DNA from: Prasinococcaceae sp. CCMP 1430 | Taxonomy: Eukaryota; Plantae; Prasinodermophyta | Reading direction: 5' to 3' | Assembly (NCBI GenBank): GCA_013416795.1 | Contig: RQSC01000002.1 | Span: 34,547 to 56,847, forward strand | DNA length: 22,301 nt | Shown here: piece after piece, positions 11,128 through 18,910 of the stretch | How positions within the stretch are numbered: the first letter of the stretch is position 1 | Layout of the letters: every line of letters begins with the position of its first letter | Translations under genes and position numbers: made by a program | The notes under the pieces: model-generated | Database searches by the model: none | What the model was told of the DNA's origin: nothing | Seen by the model: only the letters and a program-made list of their open reading frames with translations

Positions 11128-11770
11128 GTGTGCGTGTGCGTGTGTGTGTGTGTGTGTGAAAGGGCGCGCGCGTGTGTATGCGGTGGGGCACCATTCTTCC
11201 GTCAGAACCGATGGCACACCGCACCAACAGCATGCGGGTGGATACCGAGGGCATGGATGGGGCGCGCACACGCATAGACGCGCGCGCAAACCTACACACG
11301 CGCGCGGGCGCACACACACACGCACGCGCGCACGCATAGACGCGCGCAAGCGCACACACGCATACACACGCACACATACACACGCGCGCGCGCGCACACA
11401 CGCACGCACACACACACGCGCACACACACACACGCTCACACACACACACGCACGCGTGCACACACACACACACTCACGCGAGCGCGCGCACCTTCTGTCC
11501 GATGAGCACGCGCTTGAATACGAACACGAGCACGAACGACCAGATCTCGAAGGTGCGCTGCCAGACGGCGTAGCTCTTGAAGCGGTTCCACTCGCCGCCG
11601 GCCGCCTTGGAGACCACCGCGTCGCTGCTGGCGCCGTCGCGCCGCGCGATGTTCTCCCACGCGCGCTTCTTCTCCGCAGCGAACACGTCGGGGCGAGCAA
11701 CCTCGTCGGAGGCGGCCACGGCCACGGCGGCGGGGGCAACGGCGGGGGAGGGGGTGGGGGTGGCGGGCGC
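8952..11770 (-). CDS. ABC1K8: chloroplast ABC1/UbiB atypical kinase, ABC1K8/OSA1-like; exons 11770-11492, 11016-9949, 9814-9476, 9257-8952; first exon not located
   Basis: Motifs include [90 protein letters not shown] and GDLKLRVR, with C-terminal hydrophobic helices. Phase-0 GT-AG introns at 11491-11017, 9948-9815 and 9475-9258 join the frames. Confidence 0.93.
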
Positions 11771-11808
11771 CTGTCGGAGCGGGGGTGCGTGTGTGTGTAG
11801 GCGCGCGC

Positions 11809-11844
<36 letters not shown>

Positions 11845-12059
11845 GGGTAGGTCAGCGCGTGCGCGCATGCTCGCGGGTGCACACGCGTAAACACATGCGC
11901 AAAAAGCCGCACACGCACATGCGCACGCACACACGCACACACACACACACGCACACACGCGCACGCGCACGAGCGTGGGTTCGGGTGCGGCGAGCATTCG
12001 CATGCGCGTGCGCGTCTTGCACGCAGACGTGCTCGTTCGCGTATGCACACGCGTACGTG

Positions 12060-12077
12060 GTCGCACACACACTCACG

Positions 12078-12112
<35 letters not shown>

Positions 12113-12144
12113 GCGCACACACACGCACACACACACGCACACAC

Positions 12145-12204
<60 letters not shown>

Positions 12205-12221
12205 NNNNNNNNNNNNNNNNN

Positions 12222-12309
<88 letters not shown>

Positions 12310-12326
12310 CACACACACACACACAC
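12060..12326. repeat. long (CA)n microsatellite containing an N gap
   Basis: Directly visible. It is probably the GU-rich part of an ABC1K8 upstream intron on the minus strand. Confidence 0.95.
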
Positions 12327-12907
12327 TGTCTCTCTCCGCACGCCGCAACTTGGCCCGCAAGGCAGTCGGCGCTGCTATGCGGAGGCTGCAGGTAAGGCGG
12401 CCTGACGAGGGCGAGGGCCGGCAACGGCCGTCGTCTCCCGGACTCCCCCCACGCCAGGTGGATGCTGCGCCCGCCTCGGTCGGAGGTGTGGTCCCCTCGG
12501 CATCTTTTTTCTCTCGCGCACGCCACCGCTGTCAGCACCTCGCGCTCGCGCACCGGCAGGAGCCGCCGCGTGGGAATCCTCGAGTGGGCTTGCGCCGTGC
12601 GCGGCCTGGGCGTGTGCGCACTGCGAGTGGGGCCGCGCGGTCTGCTCTGCTCTTTCTTTTTGGTGTGTCTGTGTGTGAGAGTGTGTGTGTGTACGCCGTT
12701 GTACGGTACTGCACGTGCGGTTGGCCTGTGGCAGTGGCCACATGGTCGACGCCGCGAGCGCCCTCCCCCCCTTCCTCCTGCCGGGCGCGCCCCGCCCGCT
12801 GGTGCCACGGAGTGCCGCCGCCGCCGCCTGAGGCAGGGGGGGGAGGTGGGGAAGGGAAGGGGTGTGTGTGGGGGGGCGGGTGGGGTGAGGTAAAGAGAGA
12901 GAGAGGC

Positions 12908-12909
<2 letters not shown>

Positions 12910-12962
<53 letters not shown>
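12910..12962. repeat. (CT)n microsatellite
   Basis: Perfect CT run, preceded by a short complementary (AG)n at about 12893-12905. Confidence 0.95.
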
Positions 12963-12965
<3 letters not shown>

Positions 12966-12999
12966 GAGACCGTGACGGGGCCGACGCGCCGCGATACAA

Positions 13000-13836
13000 T
13001 TGGTGCGACCTCGGCGCCCACCCGGGAGCACTGCTGGCATGTCTGCTCCTGGCGGCAGCGATGCCAGTGTGTCAGTGTCCTCCGAGCTGGCGGGGCGAAC
13101 CGTGCGCATAAAGTACGCGTCGAGCACCGAGCTGCAGGCGCTCGAGCTCGTGCTGCAGGACCCGACCACCGGGGCCTCCCTCTCGCTGGCCCCGGGCGGC
13201 CACGGCGGGCTGGCGTTCGAGCTGGGCATCGACGTCAATACGGGCATGGAGGGGAAGGTAGCCCTCGTGCCATCGCTGACCACCAACGCATCCCTGCCGG
13301 CGTCGGAGATGGCGACGCTGACCATGGTGGACGTGGCGGCGACGGAAGAGGCGCCGGGCGGGGTGTGCGTGTCGTCGCCCCTTGCGGTCGCGGAAGACTC
13401 GGCCAGCGTCCTCGAGGTGGATGCGGGCGTGAGCGCGTGCGAAGGTCAGGGCGACGGCACTGCCCCCCCTCCTTCGCCTCCGGCGGAGCAAAGCGCGCCT
13501 CCGCCGCCTCCGAGCCCGGCTACCGCTAATAATGATAGCGGCAGCGACGGAAGCGGTGATGGCGGCGGCGAGGGGCTGAGCGCCGGCGCCATCTTCGGCA
13601 TAGTCATCGGGTCCACGGTGGGCGGCGTGCTGCTCATTGCGCTGGTGGTGTTCGCGCTCTCAAGGCGCAGCCGCGATCGGCGCCCCTCGGCGATCTCGGC
13701 ATCGCCCTCACAGACACCGCACGACAGCGACTTCACCAACAACTGGGGCGCCAGCAGCGAGTCGGCCGCCGGCGCGACGCCGCCCGTCAACCGCCCCTCC
13801 CGCGGGGGCCGCGCCCAGTTCGTCGAGCTCACGTAA
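13000..13836 (+). CDS. uncharacterised single-pass membrane protein: beta-rich ectodomain, Pro/Gly-Ser stalk, TM helix, cytosolic tail; true start uncertain (first ATG 13039)
   Basis: GLSAGAIFGIVIGSTVGGVLLIALVVFALSRRSRDRR is a classic TM helix with a basic stop-transfer. The stalk includes PPPSPP/PPPPPSP, and the composition is protein-like. Confidence 0.75.
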   Translation: MVRPRRPPGSTAGMSAPGGSDASVSVSSELAGRTVRIKYASSTELQALELVLQDPTTGASLSLAPGGHGGLAFELGIDVNTGMEGKVALVPSLTTNASLPASEMATLTMVDVAATEEAPGGVCVSSPLAVAEDSASVLEVDAGVSACEGQGDGTAPPPSPPAEQSAPPPPPSPATANNDSGSDGSGDGGGEGLSAGAIFGIVIGSTVGGVLLIALVVFALSRRSRDRRPSAISASPSQTPHDSDFTNNWGASSESAAGATPPVNRPSRGGRAQFVELT

Positions 13837-13944
13837 CGCGACCTCGTGCTCGCGCTCGCCCCACGCAGCCCCGCGGCACGCACCGTGACGCGCCGAAGTG
13901 CGCCACACGCGTGCCCTCGGCCGCCCTCGCTCGCTCCCGCGTGC

Positions 13945-13975
13945 CGCCACCTGAGGCGACTCGCCTCAGGTGGCG
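13945..13975. repeat. perfect inverted repeat with 15-bp arms and a 1-nt spacer
   Basis: CGCCACCTGAGGCGA-C-TCGCCTCAGGTGGCG. Confidence 0.9.
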
Positions 13976-14171
13976 AGTCGAGGCCCGCCGCTGATAAGGA
14001 ACCCTGACCTTAAATACGTACCGCTGTACTTACTGTACGTGTACTGTAAAACCTTAACCTGATCCAAACACGGCCAACTGTCGGCGGCGGCTCGCCGGCT
14101 GCGCGCGCGCGCCGCCGCACCTCTGCGGCGTCGCCACAGCGCACCCCGCACTCGGCAGCAGCGCCCCGCTN

Positions 14172-14424
14172 CGTTGCAACGGCGCGCAACAATATTGGGA
14201 TGGTATATGACGCCCAAGGACGCCACGCCGAGGCGCTGAAAGAGTACGAGGAGGTGCTGCGAGTCAAGCGCGCGGCGCTCGGCGATGACCATCCGAGCGT
14301 TGCAACGACGCGCAACAATATTGGCTCGGTATATGACGCCCAAGGACGCCACGCCGAGGCGCTGAAAGAGTACGAGGAGGCGCTGCGAGTCTGGCGCGAG
14401 GCGCTCGGCGACCGCCGTATCTAA
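14172..14424 (+). CDS. fragment of a kinesin-light-chain/nephrocystin-3-like TPR array; two near-identical 126-bp (42-aa) units
   Basis: VATxRNNIGxVYDAQGRHAEALKEYEExLRVxRxALGD(DHPS) occurs twice, with units starting at 14172 and 14298. The fragment begins at the single n at 14171. Confidence 0.8.
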
Positions 14425-14501
14425 ACGCGAGCGACCTCTTCGAGGCGCGCTTCGATGAGCGCGTCACGAGCGAACTCGTTGGGGCGGGCGACGCGGAGGG
14501 C

Positions 14502-15836
14502 ATGCTGCTCGCGCTCTTTGGCGTCGGCGTCGCAGCCGCGCGCGGCGCGTGCGCGCGAGCGCTTGGGGCGACGGACCTGCGGGAACTCGAGGAGCACGGA
14601 CTGCTCGTCGAAGTGCCCACGTGGGGCGCGAAAGAGGCGCATGCGGACGCCGAGCCAGGGAGCCATAGCTACGGCTTGCCCGCAGGGGGCGACGATGGCG
14701 AGGTCGAGGCAGGCGGCGACGATGCGCTGCTCGCGTCGCTCGTGCAGGTGTTCCCACTGTCCCTGGAGAATCCGTGCGCGGACGAGGGCGGCGACGACCG
14801 CGGCAGAGGCGCGGAAGCCAGGCCTGGCGCCCGTTGCGCCGCCACCGAGCTGCTCATAGCAACCGATTGGGAGCTCGAGTCGCTGCTTCCAGCCAAGTGG
14901 GCGACCATGGCGGTGGGCGAGGACAGCCTCGCGCTGGTGCACCTCGCGCCGCTGCCGGCGGTTGGGGAGGATGGCGCAGCCCCGCGCGTGCTCGACGTGT
15001 GCTGCGGCGGCGGGGTGCAGGGCCTGGCGGCCGCCGCGCGCTGTCCCCAAGCGTGTGTGACCTGCCTGGACATTAACGAGCGCGCGGTGCGAGCGTGTCG
15101 CTTCAACGCGGTGCTGAATGCCCTCGACGGGCGGGTGCGCGCCGCCGTGAGCGACGGCTACTCGGCGCTGCCGGGGCGACCCGGAGGTCAAAGCGAGCGC
15201 GAGGCAGAGCATTCCGAGCGTGACACGCGCGCGCTGGGCGGGCCGCCCTTCGACGTCATCCTCGCCAACCCACCCTTTGTGGCGGTGCCACCACCGCCTG
15301 CGCACGCGCACGAGTGCGCCGAGTGGGCCGCGTACGCCGACGGCGGGCCCGACGGCACGCGCGTGCTCAGCGCTCTCGCGGACGGCGCCTCAGGGCTGCT
15401 CAGGGACGGCGGCGTCCTTGCCATCGTGAGCGAATACCCCAACATGGAGCGCACCCACGAGTGGCTGTCGGTCGCGGAGGACATGGACCTCGCGGTTTTC
15501 TACGATCCGGCGCACACGCTGGAGGCGACGGAGTACGCCGAGGCGCGCGCGAGCGAGCGGGGCTGGCCGTGGATGAGCGCCGAGGCGCACCTCGCCAGCC
15601 TGGAGGCACACGGGGTGCGCACCATGGGCTCGGGCCTCGCGTTCGCGCGCAAGGTGCCCGAGCGCGCGCGTGCCGGCTCGCGAACGCCGCGTCGCGCCGC
15701 ATTTCCGCTCGGTGGAGTCGACGGCGAACACGGCGAGCAGCTGAGCCTGCTCGCGAGCTCGGGTGCGCGCGTGCGCCGGGAGTGGCAGGCTTTCGCCGAG
15801 GGAGCGCTGTGGGGCGCGGCGCGCGAACAGTCGTGA
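14502..15836 (+). CDS. class I SAM-dependent methyltransferase (HemK/MTS-like, NPPF type); coding frame probably extends upstream to about 14412
   Basis: Motif I is RVLDVCCGGGVQGL, followed by LDINERAVRACRFNAVLN, FDVILANPPFV, YADGGPDG and LLRDGGVL. No introns are apparent. Confidence 0.9.
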   Translation: MLLALFGVGVAAARGACARALGATDLRELEEHGLLVEVPTWGAKEAHADAEPGSHSYGLPAGGDDGEVEAGGDDALLASLVQVFPLSLENPCADEGGDDRGRGAEARPGARCAATELLIATDWELESLLPAKWATMAVGEDSLALVHLAPLPAVGEDGAAPRVLDVCCGGGVQGLAAAARCPQACVTCLDINERAVRACRFNAVLNALDGRVRAAVSDGYSALPGRPGGQSEREAEHSERDTRALGGPPFDVILANPPFVAVPPPPAHAHECAEWAAYADGGPDGTRVLSALADGASGLLRDGGVLAIVSEYPNMERTHEWLSVAEDMDLAVFYDPAHTLEATEYAEARASERGWPWMSAEAHLASLEAHGVRTMGSGLAFARKVPERARAGSRTPRRAAFPLGGVDGEHGEQLSLLASSGARVRREWQAFAEGALWGAAREQS

Positions 15837-15874
15837 CGCTCGCACGTCGCACCCACCCCTGCCGTATTAATTCA

Positions 15875-16642
15875 TTACAAGACAATCCCAGCGACCAACC
15901 GCAGCGCCGCGAGCGCCACCAGCGCGGCGCCGGCGCCGTACGCGCCCATCCAGCGCACGTACGCCGCGCCTCGCTCCGGCACCGGCGCGACGTCGGGCGC
16001 CGCGGCGGCGAACGCCACGCGCCAATCGGCGGCCGACGCACCGCCGCCAGCGGTGGTGCCTTCGTCTTCCCTCTTCTCAAAGACCGCCGACAGAGTCACG
16101 TTGGCATTGGCATCACTTTCCGTCGCCGCCACGATGACATCGGCGAGCGCGTCGCGCGTGATGCCCACGGCGCCGCCGGGTGCCTTGGGGCCGTCGTCCG
16201 CGCGGTGCAGCAGCACGGCGTCTGCGTTGTCCTTGGCACCCGGCGACTCCTTGAGCGCGCCGGGCCGCAGGATGACGTAAGGCGTCCCGCTTTCGCGTAT
16301 GGCCCGCTCGCCCTCGAGCTGCCAGCGCACGGTGCCGCACGCAACCACGTTGAAGAGCGCGGCGAAGGGCGAGGCAGCGCTGCGCCCCGCGCTGAGGCCC
16401 GTCACGCGCACGAAGCGCCGGCAGGCGCCCGTGGCGGCGGCCTCGCGCGCCAGCGACGCCTGCGCGCGGAAGTTGATCCAGTACGGGTGGTTGACGTCAT
16501 CGGGGTGTTCTGCGGGATCGCGCAGGACGTCGCCAAGGCCACGATAGCGGCCGACGGTCCCCGCGGTGCTCACGACGACGCGCGCCGGGAGCAGCTCGGC
16601 GCGCGCGTCGGCGTCGGTGGCGTCGCCCTCGACGAGCACCAC
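15875..16642 (-). CDS. NAD(P)-binding Rossmann-fold protein (atypical SDR / NAD_binding_10-like) with a C-terminal hydrophobic tail; 5' end missing
   Basis: Motifs include VVLVEGD, VVVSTAG, PYWINF, GERAIRESGTPYVILRPGAL and ITRDALADVIV. No N-terminal GxxGxxG and no upstream in-frame ATG are visible. Confidence 0.8.
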   Translation of the reverse strand: MVLVEGDATDADARAELLPARVVVSTAGTVGRYRGLGDVLRDPAEHPDDVNHPYWINFRAQASLAREAAATGACRRFVRVTGLSAGRSAASPFAALFNVVACGTVRWQLEGERAIRESGTPYVILRPGALKESPGAKDNADAVLLHRADDGPKAPGGAVGITRDALADVIVAATESDANANVTLSAVFEKREDEGTTAGGGASAADWRVAFAAAAPDVAPVPERGAAYVRWMGAYGAGAALVALAALRLVAGIVL

Positions 16643-17409
16643 GCGGCTCGGGTCGAGCGCGTGGCACGCGCGGTGGAGATCAGTTGTCGCGTGTTCAGGT
16701 GGTGGCGGTGGCGGGGACCTCGCGTCTTATCCGGAATAATTCGCGGGAAATTCCATTTTGAAATTATTTCTGCGCTTTTCGAAGCATCCACTTTGTGATC
16801 GGAACTTCCGGAGCGCGCGGGAGGCCCGCGAGCGCTCTCGCGAGCGCGGGCGCCGCGGGCGGTGCGTTGCGCGCCGAGGGTGCGCCGCGTCGTCCCCACG
16901 GCTTCAGCAGCCCTCTGCCCCTCTCTCCCCCCCCCCCCACGCGCGCGCGCGCCACATGCCCTGCCGGGGGCGCCAGCGGTGTACAAAAACTTGTTGGTAT
17001 TTCTTTAGTGTACGTGGCCTAGGCGGAAGGCGCGCTGCGCACCGCGTGTGCGCCGCAGCTCGCACTTCGCCAGGAAAACACGCGTCTCGAGGGCCCACTC
17101 GAGCTCTAGAGCACCTGACGTCGGCGGGCGACGCCGTGCGCCCAATTGGATGCACCGGCGTCGATGGTGGTCAGGATACAGGCGGGCGGGCGCCGCGCGC
17201 CGAATGCGCGCGGCCGGCCGCCCGCGCTGGCGCGGGGCCCTGGAAGACGGAAGACCGTCGGAGGGAAGGAGTCGCAGCCCATGTCGCCGCTGCGGCGTTT
17301 CGTATGTCACGAGGGTGGGAGGGAAAAAGGGGGGGAGACGGCTGTCGTCGAGCGGGCGAGGCACACGCCTCGCCCTCGCGCGCGCGGCAATCGCGCGCGG
17401 CTCGATCGC

Positions 17410-17625
17410 TCAGTGCTCGACGGTCATGCCCTCGGAGATGAGGCTCAGCAGGCTGGCCGACTTCTTGAGGCGCAGGCCGAGGCTGGGCTTCTTGGCGACC
17501 TCTTCGGCGAGGCCGATCGACGGCAGCGGCTGCGGGGGTGGCGCCAGCATGTCCATGCTCAGGCCGCGGGTGAGGGCGCCCCGCGGGCTCGCCGCCGCCG
17601 CCGAGGCCGGCGCGGGCCCGCCCAT
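17410..17625 (-). CDS. small hypothetical protein (71 aa) with a [17 protein letters not shown] motif
   Basis: The ATG is at 17625 (cacgATGg) and the TGA at 17412-17410. Codon use is strongly G/C-ending, as in the real genes here, and an AT-rich island at 17950-18070 lies upstream. Confidence 0.6.
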   Translation of the reverse strand: MGGPAPASAAAASPRGALTRGLSMDMLAPPPQPLPSIGLAEEVAKKPSLGLRLKKSASLLSLISEGMTVEH

Positions 17626-18593
17626 CGTGTGTGTGTGTGTGCGTGCGCGCGCACGCGCGTGCGTCTCCCCGCGCGCGCCGGCGCGAGGCGGGCGCCTGCG
17701 AGCGCCCGAGTGGCGCGCCGAGAGAGTGCGCGCGAGCGAGAGGGAGCGAGCGCGCGTACACACAGGCACACACACGCGCACACACACCCACGCGCGCACA
17801 CACACACACACACACACGCACGCACACACACACACGCACACACTCACACGCACACGCACACACAGACACACACACGCACACACACACACACGCGCGCGCG
17901 CGCACACACGCGCGCACACCCCCCCCTGCGCCCCTGCGCGCGCGAGCGCTCTTATCCAATTTCGGGCCTGATCGGAAATTCGCTCCCTACTTTCCGCGTT
18001 TTCACACTTTGCAGTACATCACTATAAATTTCAAAATGCCTGGAGATCATTTCGCGGATTAGCTTTGGATCGCGATTCCGGCCCGCGCGCGGCGGCTGCC
18101 GGCTTCCGGGAAGATCTCCCCCCCGGCCGCGTCCGCCCCGGCGGCCTCGCGGAAGAAGTCCCATTTCGTGACTTCAAATCGCGTTTTGTCACGTTCGAAA
18201 TATCATACAATTCCGCGCTTTTGTCTTGTAGTTATGTTGCGTGTTGATCGGCGGTCTTACGAAGTGCGTAGATTTCGATGGGATTTGCTGCGGTTTATGA
18301 TGAGGGAACGAATGTCGGAGATTGCGGGGGCGCGCGATTCGCGGCGCGCGCGTCCGGACGGCCCACGTCGCGCGCGCGCGCGCGCGGACATCAGAAGCAG
18401 GGCGCGCGGCGACGCGCGGCGGAGCGCGGCGTCGGCGGCTTTGGGGCGGGGCGAAAGGGGCGGTGTTGGGGTTTTGGTAGGAGGGTCTATTTATAGTGGA
18501 CTGAAGCAACGACGTTTCGTCACGCATGCCCGACGGCTTGCCGGCCGCCGGGCACCGCTTCGTGCGCGAGTATTGGTCATTTCGCCGAAATAG

Positions 18594-18910
18594 GCCTTCC
18601 TGCCGCAGCTGCGGGGACGCCGTGTCCTTCTGCACGAGGACAACCAGGCGGTGGTCTCCGTGCTTACGCGGCTAACCAGCGGATCGCCGCGCATGATGGA
18701 GGAGCTGCGCCGCTTGTGGTGGCTGCTCGACTCCAACGAGGTGACCATCCGCCCCCGGTACATCCGCAGCGCGGCAAACGTATGGGCCGACGCCCTCTCC
18801 CGCGAGACGGGGGTGGCCGAAGCGTCGTTGGCACCCCAGTTGTTCGACCGCGCCGCTCGGCGGTGGGGCCGGCCCTCCATCGACCGCTTCGCCACGATGC
18901 GCACGGCGCC
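18594..18910 (+). mobile_element. relic of a DIRS-type (tyrosine-recombinase) retrotransposon: RNase H C-terminal half and start of the downstream methyltransferase-like domain
   Basis: LRGRRVLLHEDNQAVV..TSGSPRMMEELRRLW..IRPRYIRSAANVWADALSR...WGRPSIDRFA matches DIRS1 RNase H (DN..V; N..AD.LSR) followed by the WG..xDxFA motif. No RT or YR is present in the window. Confidence 0.85.

Noticed and set aside
7251-12405. Numerous VC/HT-repeat ORFs suggesting Cys/His-rich metal-binding proteins
   Set aside because: They are translations of (TG)n/(CA)n intronic microsatellites. Spliced models explain the region.
14172-14411. Direct repeats as a CRISPR array
   Set aside because: These are contiguous 126-bp coding TPR units with no unique spacers, in a eukaryotic context.
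18290-18510. C/D-box snoRNA (ATGATGA at about 18297)
   Set aside because: There is no suitably placed D box with a terminal stem, and the nearest CTGA is about 200 nt away.
14502-18910. Methyltransferase plus TPR plus retroelement as a prokaryotic-style defence system
   Set aside because: The genes are eukaryotic, independently oriented and unlinked functionally. NPPF here fits a HemK/MTS-like enzyme, and no nuclease is present.
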